Shown one piece after another: positions 27,007 through 36,956 of a DNA stretch of 64,000 bases. The translations under genes and the position numbers were made by a program. The stretch's first letter is position 1; each line of letters starts with the position of its first letter. The DNA is from an uncultured Collinsella sp. (GTDB taxonomy: Bacteria > Actinomycetota > Coriobacteriia > Coriobacteriales > Coriobacteriaceae): contig UQZH01000003.1 in assembly GCA_900545445.1 (NCBI GenBank), positions 9,638-73,637 on the forward strand. Reading direction: 5' to 3'. The notes beneath the pieces are model-generated. The model made no database searches. It saw only the letters and a list, made by a program, of their open reading frames with translations, and was not told the origin of the DNA.

Positions 27007-27975
27007 CTAGTACTGCTCGACGCCCATGTAGCGACGAACCTCGGGGCTGTGGTCGAAGACCTTACCGCGGGCGGCGCGCAGCTCGCAGCTCATGTTGTAG
27101 AAGAAGATCGGCTCCAGGAACGAACGCACGCTGGCAGGCACTTCGCCCACGCCGTACTCGAGCGCATCGAGCACCATAATCGTATCGGTGTGCGTGTTGA
27201 GGAACGCAAGCGCGCGCTCCTCCATGGGGCGACACTCGCCCGCGCCAAGCTGCACAAAGTAGAACACGCCGGGCTCGGTAGCCTCGAAGGGGCCGTGGAA
27301 GTACTCGCCGGAGTGAATATAGCAGCAGTGCTGCCACTGCATCTCCATGAGCGAGCAAATTGCCATGGCGTAGGTCTGGCTAAAGTTGGGTCCGGAGCCC
27401 AGGATATAGAAGAACTTGTGCTGCTGGCAGAGCTCGGCAAAGCGATCGCCCAGCTCGGCGTTGACCTTCTCACGGGCAGCGGGCAGCAGCGCATCCATCT
27501 GCTTAAGGCCGGCGTACATGTCGGCGAGTGCCTCGTAGCCCTCCTGCTGGTCGAGCAGCTCGGCGGCGATCAGAGCGCCGATACCCTGAGGCACCTCGGC
27601 CTGCGGCACGCCTTCGCCCCACGGATAGACCCAGGTGGCCCACTTGCCGTTGTCGATCTTGGAGCCCTCGCAGTCGGTCATGGCGACGACCTCGGCGCCG
27701 GCAGCCAACGCCATCTCGCAGCCGTCGACGACCTCCTGCGTGTTGCCGCTGTGGCTGCATGCAATAACGAGAGACTTCTCGCCAAGGCTCTTGGGGGCCA
27801 TCAGGCAAAACTCGCGTGCCGTGTAGACCGTCGAGGAAAACGTGGTGGCCTCGCGCTTGAGCAGCTCGTTGGCCGGCATCAGGTCGATCATCGAACCGCC
27901 GCAGGCGATCCAAAAGACGTTCTCGATCTTGCCCTTGCGCTCGATGATTTCCTGAACCAGATCATGTGCGTTCAT
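27007..27975 (-). CDS. Double-SIS domain FrlB/AgaS-like protein
   Basis: SIS motifs FWIACGGS and FYILGSGPNF; conserved C-terminal RRYMGVEQY. Confidence 0.8.
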   Translation of the reverse strand: MNAHDLVQEIIERKGKIENVFWIACGGSMIDLMPANELLKREATTFSSTVYTAREFCLMAPKSLGEKSLVIACSHSGNTQEVVDGCEMALAAGAEVVAMTDCEGSKIDNGKWATWVYPWGEGVPQAEVPQGIGALIAAELLDQQEGYEALADMYAGLKQMDALLPAAREKVNAELGDRFAELCQQHKFFYILGSGPNFSQTYAMAICSLMEMQWQHCCYIHSGEYFHGPFEATEPGVFYFVQLGAGECRPMEERALAFLNTHTDTIMVLDALEYGVGEVPASVRSFLEPIFFYNMSCELRAARGKVFDHSPEVRRYMGVEQY

Positions 27976-28119
27976 CCTGATGTTCCTCCTTGTGGGGCAG
28001 CTTTGAGCGACGGCAGCTCGTACCTGCTGTCGTTCTATGTTGTCCTATTTATAACACGTGTAACAACGCCCGTGAAGTCATCCCGGCAAATTTGTTCTAT
28101 GTTGTTCTATCTGTGGACG

Positions 28120-28875
28120 TTAGATGTCGAAGACGTAGCGCGAGCCCACAATCTTTTGGCGACCGAGCAACAGAGGGTGCCCACCGGCGTCGGTAAAGTA
28201 GGCCTCCATATAGAAGAGCGGCTCACCGACCGGCACTTCCAGCAGCGGGGCCGTTTGGGCATCGGCAAGCGCAATCTCCACGGTGCAGGGGTCGGACTTG
28301 AGCGGCGCGCGACCCGAATGCTCGGCAACGAGCGCAAAGATGGAATTGTCCGTGAGGTTCTTGTCGGCAAGCGTCTGCAGATAGGGATGGTCGGCGAGCA
28401 CAAAGGCGTTGTTCTCAAGCATGACAGGGATGCCGTCGGCTGTGCGCACGCGTTCGACCACGATAAGCTCGCAGCCGGGCTCCACGCCAAAGAACGCCGC
28501 ATCCTCGTGCGTCGCTGCGACCACCGTGCGCGACACCAGACGCGCACCCGGCACCATGTCGTTGGCAGCACAACCCTCAGTAAAGCTCTGGACGTCACCC
28601 TTCTGGCGAATCTTGCGCTTGAGCTTGGGAGCGCACACAAAGGTGCCCCTCCCCTGCTGGCGGTTGAGATACCCCGCACGCGACAGCTCCTCGATGGCGC
28701 GACGCACGGTGACGCGCCCCACGCCGTAGGACTTCGCGAGCTCCATCTCGGAAGGAATGCGCGAGCCGGCAGCGTACACGCCGCGCGCGATCTCGCCCTT
28801 TAGGTCGTCCATGACCTGCTGGTACAGCGGCACGGCGGACACGTCAGTACGGTCGGTCTTGCTATCGAAAGCCAT
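28120..28875 (-). CDS. GntR/HutC-family transcriptional regulator
   Basis: PLYQQVMDDL...IPSEMELAKSYGVGRVTVRRAIEEL HTH plus a UTRA C-terminus. GTTCTATGTTGTYCTAT direct repeats lie in the 27976-28119 intergenic region. Confidence 0.8.
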   Translation of the reverse strand: MAFDSKTDRTDVSAVPLYQQVMDDLKGEIARGVYAAGSRIPSEMELAKSYGVGRVTVRRAIEELSRAGYLNRQQGRGTFVCAPKLKRKIRQKGDVQSFTEGCAANDMVPGARLVSRTVVAATHEDAAFFGVEPGCELIVVERVRTADGIPVMLENNAFVLADHPYLQTLADKNLTDNSIFALVAEHSGRAPLKSDPCTVEIALADAQTAPLLEVPVGEPLFYMEAYFTDAGGHPLLLGRQKIVGSRYVFDI

Positions 28876-28877
28876 CG

Positions 28878-30854
28878 TTACGCTCCATCCCGCGCATGCT
28901 CGGACTCAAACTCTTCAATCGCCGCCATAAACTGCTCGCCAAAGGCGTCGGCTTTTTTCTCGCCAATGCCGTTGACCTGGATCAGCTCGTCGCGCGTCTG
29001 CGGGCGCAGGCGGCACAGGCCGCGCAGGGCCTTGTCGGAGAAGACCATGTACGGCGCCATCTCCAGCTCCGTCGAGATCTCCTTGCGGAGGGCACGCAGG
29101 CGCTCGAACAGCTCGGCATCGTCGCCCACGCGCGGGCGTTGATCCAGCTCGGCCTCCTCGCGCAGCAGATCCACCGCACGGCGGGCGCGGGCCGAGGCCT
29201 TGCGCTTGGACGCGCGACGCTTAACGGTAAAGGCAAACGCCTCATCCTCGACCTCGCCGGCACGCGGACCCAGCCCCACGACCGGGTACTGCCCCTGCGA
29301 GGTGGCCAAATAACCACGGCCGCACAGCTGGCCGATAATGTCCTTGATGCGCCCGACCGATTCGCTCGACAGCTCACCGTAGCCGCGGTCCTCGTCCAGA
29401 TGCATCTGGCGAATGCGCTCGGTGTTGCCGCCGTGGAGCACATCGGCGATCAGCGACTTGCCAAAGCGCATGGGACGCGTGGCCACATAGCGCACAGCGG
29501 CGCGGGCCATATCGGTGACGTCCTCGACCTCGAACTGCGTGAGACAGTTGCTGCAGTTGCCGCAGCCCTCGGCGTCGTCTGCCGTGCCGCCCGCGGCGGC
29601 TGCCGCATGCTCGGCCGCAGCCTCGTCGCCAAAGTAGCGCAGCATGTATTCGCGCAGGCAGCCGGTGGTATTGCAGTAGCCCTCCATCTGGCTGAGCAGA
29701 CGATATCGGTTCTGGAGCGCCCACGCGCGCTGCTCGTCGTCGAGCGCCTCGTCGGCAGCATCGCCGCGATCGATCAGAAAGCGGCGCATGCGAAAATCGT
29801 TGCCGTTCCACAGCAGGTGGCAGCTGGCCGGGTCGCCATCGCGGCCGGCGCGGCCCGCTTCCTGGTAGTATGCCTCGATGCTCTCGGGCACGTTGTTGTG
29901 GATCACGTAGCGCACGTTGGGCTTGTCGATGCCCATGCCAAAAGCGTTGGTGGCAACCATCACCTGAATGTCATCGTCGATAAAGGCACGCTGGCTCTGG
30001 CGGCGGGCGTCGTTGCCCATGCCGGCATGGTAGCGGCCCACGCGAATGCCGCTGGGGTCCAGTGCCTCGGCAAGCTCCGCGGCCAGCGCGTCGACCGTCT
30101 TGCGGGTCGAGCAATACACGATGCCGCTCTCGCCCGAATGCGCGATCACATAGTCGCGCACCCACGCGGTCTTGGCCTTGTCGCCCATCTCTTCGCAACC
30201 AAAGTAGAGGTTCTTGCGATCGAAGCCCGTCACCACGGTCGCCGGGTTTTGTAGGCCGAGCATTTGCTGAATGTCCGCACGCACACGCTCGGTCGCCGTA
30301 GCGGTAAAGGCCGCCACGATGGGGCGCTGCGGCAGGGAATCGATGAACTCGCGAATCTGCAGGTAAGCAGGGCGAAAATCCTGGCCCCATTGGCTTACGC
30401 AGTGGGCCTCGTCAATGGCCACGAGCGGAACGCCAATGCCACCTTCGGCCGCGGCTTCCTGCGCAAAGGCTAAAAAGCGCGGCTCGAGCAGGCGCTCGGG
30501 CGCCACGTACATAAGCTGGTAGCGGCCCTCGCGCGCCCGCTTGAGCACGGTATTTTGCTGAGCCGGCGTAAGACTGGAGTTGAGATAGCTGGGTCGCGCA
30601 CCCGCCGCGAGCAGCGCGCGGGTCTGGTCCTCCATAAGCGACAGCAACGGGCTCACCACAAAGGTAATGCCAGGCAGCATAAGCGCAGGCACCTGGTAGC
30701 AAATGGACTTGCCGGCGCCCGTGGGCATGACACCCAGCGCATCGCGACCGGCAAGAATCGCATCGACCATGCGGTCCTGTCCCGGGCGAAACGAGGTGTA
30801 GCCAAAATAGGCGCCGAGCGTGTCGAGCGCCATCTGCTGCATGCTATCGGTCAT
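28878..30854 (-). CDS. recQ: ATP-dependent DNA helicase RecQ
   Basis: Helicase motifs (MPTGAGKSICYQ, DEAH, RQC Zn-finger cysteines) and a C-terminal HRDC-like region. Confidence 0.85.
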   Translation of the reverse strand: MTDSMQQMALDTLGAYFGYTSFRPGQDRMVDAILAGRDALGVMPTGAGKSICYQVPALMLPGITFVVSPLLSLMEDQTRALLAAGARPSYLNSSLTPAQQNTVLKRAREGRYQLMYVAPERLLEPRFLAFAQEAAAEGGIGVPLVAIDEAHCVSQWGQDFRPAYLQIREFIDSLPQRPIVAAFTATATERVRADIQQMLGLQNPATVVTGFDRKNLYFGCEEMGDKAKTAWVRDYVIAHSGESGIVYCSTRKTVDALAAELAEALDPSGIRVGRYHAGMGNDARRQSQRAFIDDDIQVMVATNAFGMGIDKPNVRYVIHNNVPESIEAYYQEAGRAGRDGDPASCHLLWNGNDFRMRRFLIDRGDAADEALDDEQRAWALQNRYRLLSQMEGYCNTTGCLREYMLRYFGDEAAAEHAAAAAGGTADDAEGCGNCSNCLTQFEVEDVTDMARAAVRYVATRPMRFGKSLIADVLHGGNTERIRQMHLDEDRGYGELSSESVGRIKDIIGQLCGRGYLATSQGQYPVVGLGPRAGEVEDEAFAFTVKRRASKRKASARARRAVDLLREEAELDQRPRVGDDAELFERLRALRKEISTELEMAPYMVFSDKALRGLCRLRPQTRDELIQVNGIGEKKADAFGEQFMAAIEEFESEHARDGA

Positions 30855-30949
30855 GGTTTCCTAACGTCAGAATCATCTGCCGCCGATTATACGCCGCCAC
30901 GCGGACCGGTGCCGCACGGCTATCAGCCACGCTCATTCTGCGGGTAGTC

Positions 30950-30994
30950 ATTGGGGACGTTCTTGAATGACCAGTCGTTTAAGAACGTCCCCAA
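30950..30994. other. Hairpin TTGGGGACGTTCTTGAA-N11-TTAAGAACGTCCCCAA in the recQ upstream region
   Basis: 16-bp near-perfect inverted repeat, seen directly. Confidence 0.5.
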
Positions 30995-31028
30995 CGACTA
31001 GTCTCTTGACAAGCGCGGAAATCCCGCA

Positions 31029-31163
31029 GGTTGAGCAAAAGTCAGCGAAAACGCCCCTAAGCGAGCAAGGTGACGTGAAAGAGGAGGGAAGCGTACTTTG
31101 GTACGCGACCGACGATTGAACGTCAGATTGCCGCTTAGGGGCGTTTGCAGCGTCGAGCCGTTA
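31029..31163. repeat. 135-bp repeated 3' element R1 (outer stem GCGAAAACGCCCCTAAGCG/CGCTTAGGGGCGTTTGC enclosing GAGGAGGGAAGCGTAC...)
   Basis: ~85% identical to 44006-44140 (R2). Each lies immediately 3' of a minus-strand gene stop (GntR, mfd). Confidence 0.65.
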
Positions 31164-31187
31164 CGCGGTTTGGCAAAACCGCGTAAC

Positions 31188-31907
31188 TTACATCACCATA
31201 ACGTAGCGCGATCCCACGTAGTACTGCTTACCCATCAGGACCGGCTCGCCATTGGGGCCGATAAAGCCGGCACGCAGGTTGAGCAGTGGATCGTGCGGAG
31301 CAATGCCCAACTCGGCCGCCTGCTCGGTATTGGCACGAACGGCCTCGACCGTGCGGTAACCAACCGAGACAATCGGCGTTCCGCCAACACGCTCGACCTC
31401 GGCAAAAATCGACTTGTCCTCAAGATCGGCCGTCAACAGCTCACGGTAGGCGTCAAACGGCACAAAGATGTTCTCCTCAAAAATGGGCTCGCCGTCGGCC
31501 GTACGCACGCGCTTGATGTGCAGCAGCAGCGCGTCCTTCTGCAGGCCAAAGAACTCCATCTCGTTTTGACGTGCCGGCACAATCTGGCGATCGACCACAT
31601 GCGCGCCCGCCTTCATGTCATTATCGGCACACAGCGCGGTAAACGTCTGCAGCGTCGAAGCGTGGAACTGGCGGTTGATGTGCGGCGTGGAGACAAAGGT
31701 GCCACGGCCCTGCTGCTTAACCAGGTAGCCATCGGAGCACAGCTCCTCGACGGCGCGGCGCACCGTAATGCGGCTCACGTCGTACTGCTCGGCTAGCTCA
31801 AGCTCGGACGGAATACGCTCCTTGGGTGCATAAACACCTTTCTCGATCGCGTCCTTGATTTCGTCATAAATCTGCTGGTAAAGCGGTGCATTTTTGGGCG
31901 TAGGCAT
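31188..31907 (-). CDS. GntR/HutC-family transcriptional regulator
   Basis: PLYQQIYDEI...IPSELELAEQYDVSRITVRRAVEEL. Confidence 0.8.
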   Translation of the reverse strand: MPTPKNAPLYQQIYDEIKDAIEKGVYAPKERIPSELELAEQYDVSRITVRRAVEELCSDGYLVKQQGRGTFVSTPHINRQFHASTLQTFTALCADNDMKAGAHVVDRQIVPARQNEMEFFGLQKDALLLHIKRVRTADGEPIFEENIFVPFDAYRELLTADLEDKSIFAEVERVGGTPIVSVGYRTVEAVRANTEQAAELGIAPHDPLLNLRAGFIGPNGEPVLMGKQYYVGSRYVMVM

Positions 31908-31997
31908 ATCTAATCACTCTTATTGGAATATCGAAATAACTAATACGTATATAACGTCTAGTTTCATGTTACCTCATATTGATAAAACGATACACCC

Positions 31998-32048
31998 TCC
32001 CTACCAAAAAGCGACAGCTTCATTTTGGTAGGTTTTATCTGGGCAAAC
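31998..32048. repeat. REP-like palindromic repeat, copy 2 (reverse orientation)
   Basis: Rev-comp matches TTTGCCCAGATAAAACCTACCAAAATGAAGCTGTCGCTTTTTGGTAGGG. Confidence 0.6.
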
Positions 32049-32053
32049 GAAGG

Positions 32054-32083
32054 CCTCCCGAAAGCAGCGAGGCTTTCGGGAGG
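32054..32083. terminator. Hairpin CCTCCCGAAAGC-AGCGAG-GCTTTCGGGAGG
   Basis: Perfect 12-bp stem 3' of the YitT-family gene (minus strand). Confidence 0.6.
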
Positions 32084-32127
32084 CTCAAGCGGACAGGATT
32101 GCGCCAGGCCGGCAAAATGCCGGTACC

Positions 32128-33135
32128 CTACTTGCCGTCGTCCTGCTGCAGGCTGTCCTGCTCGCTGAGGCGCGCCTGCCTGCTGGCCATGCGCGCGGGC
32201 TTGTCGGGATCGGGTACGGCCGTGGGCATGGGCTCGTCGACATGACCGCCCCACCAGCCGCCCACAAAGTTGAGCGTGTGGAACACATTGATCACGGCGC
32301 CGGGATCAATGTCACACACCAGCTTGATAATGTCCTGACTCTCGTAGGTCGAAACAACGGCGTGCAGCAGATACATCTTTTCGCGGCTGTATCCGCCGAT
32401 GACCTCGGCACAGCTAATGCCATGCTGAAAATGGTCAACATAGGCGGTCATGACCTCGTCTGCCTTACGCGTCGTGATCTGCAGCGTCACGCGGTCGTAA
32501 CGACGATAGAAACTGTCGATGGTCTTGGTCGAAATAAACTGGAACACGATGGAGTACGCCGCCTTGTCCCAGCCAAACATAAAGCCAAAGATCGCCAGGA
32601 TAAAGCAGTTGAAACCAAAGATGACGCCCCAGATGGTCTTGCCCGTGTGGTTGGAAACCCACAGCGCGATAAAGTCGGTGCCGCCAGTGGATGCGCCGGA
32701 TTTAAGCGCGATGGCAGCGCCCAGACCCGAGACCACGCCGCCAAAAATGATGAGCATGATCTTGTCGCCCAAAAACGGGGCAAAGTGAAAGATGTTGAGG
32801 AACAGCGACGAGAGCACGACCTGCATCATCGAGAAGATGACGAAGCGCTTGCTAATGCCGCTCCAGCATAGGAGCGCCACGGGAATGTTGAGCGCGAGCA
32901 TACCGAGCGAGATGTCGATGTGAACGCCGCCGAGCGAGGTAACGCGATCGAGCAGGACCGCGACGCCGGTGAGGCCGCTCGGAAGCAGGTCGGCGGGCTG
33001 AATGAATGCCTGGATCAGAAATGTCTGGAGAACGGCGGAAATTGTGACCGCCACTGCAGTAATGGCGCGGCGGACGATGGTGAGACGGCCGAGCATGAGC
33101 ACGCGGTCCGTGAGCTGATCGATGGCGTTCGCCAC
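32128..33135 (-). CDS. YitT-family (DUF161/DUF2179) membrane protein
   Basis: Polytopic N-terminal region plus a C-terminal DUF2179-like domain (GGYSREKMYLLHAVVSTYE). GTG start with a GAAAGGAG RBS; the longer ORF-track N-terminus overlaps palindromic repeats. Confidence 0.7.
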   Translation of the reverse strand: MANAIDQLTDRVLMLGRLTIVRRAITAVAVTISAVLQTFLIQAFIQPADLLPSGLTGVAVLLDRVTSLGGVHIDISLGMLALNIPVALLCWSGISKRFVIFSMMQVVLSSLFLNIFHFAPFLGDKIMLIIFGGVVSGLGAAIALKSGASTGGTDFIALWVSNHTGKTIWGVIFGFNCFILAIFGFMFGWDKAAYSIVFQFISTKTIDSFYRRYDRVTLQITTRKADEVMTAYVDHFQHGISCAEVIGGYSREKMYLLHAVVSTYESQDIIKLVCDIDPGAVINVFHTLNFVGGWWGGHVDEPMPTAVPDPDKPARMASRQARLSEQDSLQQDDGK

Positions 33136-33193
33136 GCGGGCTCCTTTCGAAGGCAGATGTAGTTGTGAGGCATGCCCGCGATTGTAGCATGGA

Positions 33194-33302
33194 CCACCAC
33201 AAAGGGGACAGGCACCTTCGTGGTGGTTTTGGCGTCGACTGCCTTCAAAAAACGTCGCCCCAATAAAAACCACCACAAAGGTGCCTGTCCCCTTTGTGGT
33301 GG
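33194..33302. repeat. Two copies of a 33-bp palindromic element in opposite orientation (stems CCACCACAAAGG/CCTTTGTGGTGG, loops GGACAGGCA vs TGCCTGTCC)
   Basis: Seen directly at 33194-33226 and 33270-33302. Confidence 0.65.
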
Positions 33303-33309
33303 TTTGCTG

Positions 33310-33945
33310 CTAGATGGCAGATAGGATGTCAGTCAGATTATCGATAACGGCATCGGCTCGCGATTGATCGAGGTTGACGCCCTCGTGCGGACGCAGCGCC
33401 AGGACTCGGGCGCCGGAGCGCTTGCCAGCCTCGATCCCCAAAGGCGAATCCTCGATAACCAGGCACTCGGCAGACTCCACCCCCAGCACCTCCATGGCAC
33501 GCAGGTAGATCTCGGGGTCGGGCTTAAACGCACTGCACTCGTGACCGCTGATGGTGTAGTCCAGCACGTCGGCGATACCGGCGATCTCCACCAGCTCGTC
33601 GATCAGCTCGCGATAGGACGAGCTCGCGATGGCGCACATCACGCCGCGCTCGTGCAGCTCACGCATCACCGGCTCCGTCTGCTCGTTGAGCAGCTCGGCA
33701 TACGGAACGGGATGGTCCGGGCTGTAGACCTGCTTGTACTCCACGCGCAGACGCTCGCGCAGCTCAACATCGTCGGGCACCAGCGCCTCCCAAATGGCAG
33801 GCTCGTTAGACCCCGAAAGATCGGGGATCTCGTCAAAGTGGAACCCTTTCTCTTCCATAAACGCCACGCGACGACGGTTGTAGAACCACTCGGTATCGAC
33901 CAGCACGCCGTCCATATCAAACAGCACCGCTTTGATCATACGCAT
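33310..33945 (-). CDS. HAD-superfamily hydrolase (beta-phosphoglucomutase-like subfamily IA)
   Basis: Motif I FDMDGVLVDTE, motif II/III region, and C-terminal ...EDSPLGIEAGKRSGA. GGGAGGAG RBS. Confidence 0.75.
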   Translation of the reverse strand: MRMIKAVLFDMDGVLVDTEWFYNRRRVAFMEEKGFHFDEIPDLSGSNEPAIWEALVPDDVELRERLRVEYKQVYSPDHPVPYAELLNEQTEPVMRELHERGVMCAIASSSYRELIDELVEIAGIADVLDYTISGHECSAFKPDPEIYLRAMEVLGVESAECLVIEDSPLGIEAGKRSGARVLALRPHEGVNLDQSRADAVIDNLTDILSAI

Positions 33946-33954
33946 CTCCTCCCA

Positions 33955-33998
33955 CCTGCCAAAAAGGGACAGGTTTATTTTGGTAGGTTTTATCTGGG
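33955..33998. repeat. REP-like palindromic repeat, copy 3 (terminator-like orientation with T-run)
   Basis: CCTGCCAAAAAGGGACAGGTTTATTTTGGTAGGTTTTATCTGGG. Confidence 0.6.
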
Positions 33999-34095
33999 GT
34001 TTTGCGGCGCGACAGACACGCCCCCAAAGCAAAAAGGGGACGGGGCACAAACCCCATCCCCTCTCAATCAACCCGTAAGGTCTACTTACTTGTGA

Positions 34096-35079
34096 TTAGT
34101 AGGAAAGCTTCCACATGTAGCGACGCATGGTCAGCGGGTGCTGGCGGGCCTCGGCGATCTGGTTGCCGTACTCACGCATAACGGCGAGGTGCAGCAGCGG
34201 GTTGAAGTAGGTGAGGACGCTAGCCGGCACAGCGTCGGCCAGGCCGTAGTCCTTGGAGTCAATCAGAGCGACCTTGGCACCCATACGCTGCAGGAAGGTG
34301 AGGGCACGAGCGTCCATCGGACGGGTAGCACCGTCGGACATGAGGAAGACGTAGGGCTTACCCTCGGTGGAAACCTCGAACGGGCCGTGGAAGTACTCGC
34401 CGGTGTTGTAGGAAGCAGCGTCGATCCACTGCATCTCGGTGAACAGGAAGGCGGCGTTAGAATAAGCCATCTTCTCGGAGGCACCGGAGGCCATGAAGTA
34501 GATCATCTTGTCGTCCTTGAAGTCCTGAGCGAACTGCTTGGCCAGGCCCTTGGCAGACTGAGCAGCGTTCTCGATCAGCTCGAAGATGTTGTTGAGGCCG
34601 GTGATCATGTCCTCGTAGTGATCATAGCCCTCGGTCTGCTGAAGGATCTCGAGAGCAAGAGCGATGGCGTAGGCGGGCTTCTCGGCCTTGGCAGCATAGT
34701 TGGCATGGAAGCCGTGGACGATGACGTAGTCAGCGTCGACGGTCAGAGCGGAGCCAGCCTTGTTGGTGAGGGAGACGACCGGGCAGTTGTGCTTCTTGGC
34801 GGTCTTGTTGGCCTCGACGGTCTCGGGCGTGGAGCCACCGAGGGAGCAGGTGATCACGAAGGTGTGCTCGTTGACCCAGGAAGGCGTGTCGTAGTTGAAC
34901 TCGTTAGCGGTGAAGATCTGAACGTTCAGCTTGTCCGTGTTGTTGGCCAGGAAGTACTTGGCGGGGTAAAGGTCGGACATGGAGGCACCGCAGCCGACGA
35001 AGGCGACGCTGTGGATCTCGTGGTTGGACAGGACGTCAGCGACGATCTGCTTAGGGAGGTTAAGGTCGATCTCGTACAT
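34096..35079 (-). CDS. Double-SIS domain FrlB/AgaS-like protein
   Basis: SIS motifs AFVGCGAS and IYFMASGAS; C-terminal RRYMWKLSY. Start at MYEID (RBS AAAGGA). Confidence 0.8.
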   Translation of the reverse strand: MYEIDLNLPKQIVADVLSNHEIHSVAFVGCGASMSDLYPAKYFLANNTDKLNVQIFTANEFNYDTPSWVNEHTFVITCSLGGSTPETVEANKTAKKHNCPVVSLTNKAGSALTVDADYVIVHGFHANYAAKAEKPAYAIALALEILQQTEGYDHYEDMITGLNNIFELIENAAQSAKGLAKQFAQDFKDDKMIYFMASGASEKMAYSNAAFLFTEMQWIDAASYNTGEYFHGPFEVSTEGKPYVFLMSDGATRPMDARALTFLQRMGAKVALIDSKDYGLADAVPASVLTYFNPLLHLAVMREYGNQIAEARQHPLTMRRYMWKLSY

Positions 35080-35172
35080 CTGACACATTCCTTTCAATTA
35101 TTTGCGGCGCCACATTGCCGGGCGCTCGCAGGGTTACCGTGATTTGGACCGAGTCGCCGGTCCGTTGAGGAT

Positions 35173-35245
35173 GTGTCAAAGGAACTGTCCCTTTGACACA
35201 TTTAGGGATGGAAGCCTGCCTGGGGTATGGGATGCCAGGCAGGCC
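35173..35245. terminator. Tandem hairpins GTGTCAAAGG-AACTGTC-CCTTTGACAC and GCCTGCCTGG-N11-CCAGGCAGGC
   Basis: Two perfect 10-bp stems between the IID stop (35279) and the SIS start (35079). Confidence 0.6.
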
Positions 35246-35278
35246 CCCGGGGGAAAGCGGTTAGGCGCTTAGTCGCGA

Positions 35279-36112
35279 CTAGGCAAGGATGCCGACCGCG
35301 GAGAGGGCGATGCCGCCCACAATGGCGATCACGAGAAGCCAACCGGTGTTGACGTTCTTCTTGATGAGCCAGTACATAAGGCCGGTGAGGCCAAGGGAGA
35401 TCATCTGGGGCATCATGCTGTCCAGGATGTCCTGGATCACGACGGTGCCGTCAGCGAACTGCAGCGGGGTGGTGGCGCCGATCAGCGTGGCGATCATGCC
35501 GCCCACGGACATAAGACCCACGATGCCGCAGACATACATGAGCTTCTCCATGAGGTCGCCGCCCTGAAGCTTGCTCAGGTACTCGTGGCCGCCCTGATAT
35601 CCCATCTTGGCTGCGAACCAAGTAATCAGCACGGAGGGGACGATGGAGATGAGAAGGGCCAGGATCGGGCCCATGATGGAGCCCTGCTGAGCCAGCTGAA
35701 CGCCCAAGCCAAAGGCGATAACGCGGATGGTGCCCTGGAAGAAGGAGTCACCGATGCCGGAAAGCGGGCCCATAAGGGAGGTCTTGACCGCGTTAATCGA
35801 ATCGGGGTTGAAGTTCTCGGGATCCTTGGCGTACTCCTCCTCCATGGAGGCGGCGAGGCCCAGGATGAAAGCACTCGTCTGCGGGGTGCAGTTGTAGAAC
35901 GCCATGTGACGGTGGTAAGCCTCTTTCTTAGCAGCAAGCTGCTTGGGGTCGGACTCGTCCGGATAGAGGCGATCGAGCGTGGGAACCATGCCGTAGAGGA
36001 AGCCCATGTTCATCTGACGCTCGTAGTTCCAAGAGGCCTGGATGGCCCAGGAGCGCCAGAAGAACTGGCTGACCTTCTTGTTCAGGGACACGTCCTTGGT
36101 TGCGGTTGCCAT
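35279..36112 (-). CDS. PTS mannose-family IID component
   Basis: WNYERQMNMGF hallmark. TAAGGAGG RBS at MATATKD; the ORF-track N-extension overlaps IIC. Confidence 0.85.
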   Translation of the reverse strand: MATATKDVSLNKKVSQFFWRSWAIQASWNYERQMNMGFLYGMVPTLDRLYPDESDPKQLAAKKEAYHRHMAFYNCTPQTSAFILGLAASMEEEYAKDPENFNPDSINAVKTSLMGPLSGIGDSFFQGTIRVIAFGLGVQLAQQGSIMGPILALLISIVPSVLITWFAAKMGYQGGHEYLSKLQGGDLMEKLMYVCGIVGLMSVGGMIATLIGATTPLQFADGTVVIQDILDSMMPQMISLGLTGLMYWLIKKNVNTGWLLVIAIVGGIALSAVGILA

Positions 36113-36125
36113 AGTGTGTTCCTCC

Positions 36126-36920
36126 TTAGTCTTCGTCGTCTTCGAGCGGATCGTAGTCGGAATCGACACCGGCGGCTGCATGGGAACCGTTGAACTTGAA
36201 GCCCATGAAGACGACAGCCAGGCACACACCGATCAGAGCGACCGCGATGACGGACAGGTTGAGGTAAGCGGCGAGCAGGAAACCGATGAACAGGAACGGA
36301 GTCATACCCTTCTTGATCATCATGGTGAGCAGCAGAGCCAAGCCGTAGGCGGTCATGATCTTGGTCGAAACGTTAAGACCAGTGGACAGCCACTCGGGAA
36401 CCATGTTGACGATGGCCTGAACCAGGTCGGTGCCAACAAAGACGGCGAGGAAAATCGGCAGGAAGTACATGATGGCGTACAAACCGGAGCCGGCGCAGAT
36501 GTGCATACGGTAGGCGGTCTTGAACTTTCCGTTATCGATCGCGTTATCTGCCACATGGGTGAGGACGGCGATGATGGAACGGAACACGATGCCGAGGAGC
36601 TGACCCAGGACGGCGACCGGGATGGCGATCGTCATGGCGGTCTCGGCGGAAGCATCGGTCAGGCACGCAAAGGCAGCGGCCACGATGCCGCCCAGGACCA
36701 TATCGGGCGGAACGGCGGCGCCGACCTGCACCAGGCCCATGGACACGAGCTCGACGGCGGCACCGACGGCAAGGCCAGTGGGCACATCGCCCAGCAGCAA
36801 ACCGACGAGCGTAGCGCCAACGAGGGGCTGCTCGAAGTTAAGACGACCGAGCAGGCGGGAGTCCCACATGCAGAACACGCCGACGAGGCCGACGAGCACC
36901 GCACTGATGAACGTATTCAT
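36126..36920 (-). CDS. PTS mannose-family IIC component
   Basis: 264-aa polytopic protein with GDVPTGLAVGAAVELVSMG...AAVPPDM core and an acidic C-terminal tail. Confidence 0.85.
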   Translation of the reverse strand: MNTFISAVLVGLVGVFCMWDSRLLGRLNFEQPLVGATLVGLLLGDVPTGLAVGAAVELVSMGLVQVGAAVPPDMVLGGIVAAAFACLTDASAETAMTIAIPVAVLGQLLGIVFRSIIAVLTHVADNAIDNGKFKTAYRMHICAGSGLYAIMYFLPIFLAVFVGTDLVQAIVNMVPEWLSTGLNVSTKIMTAYGLALLLTMMIKKGMTPFLFIGFLLAAYLNLSVIAVALIGVCLAVVFMGFKFNGSHAAAGVDSDYDPLEDDED

Positions 36921-36956
36921 ACCCTTCTCCTTTCAGTCAGGCAAAAGCCTGGTTGA

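Noticed and set aside
31029-31163. R1/R2 element as a tRNA, riboswitch or other known RNA family
   Set aside because: No cloverleaf, no recognisable riboswitch consensus, and its position is 3' of genes rather than in 5' leaders. It is kept as an unclassified repeat.
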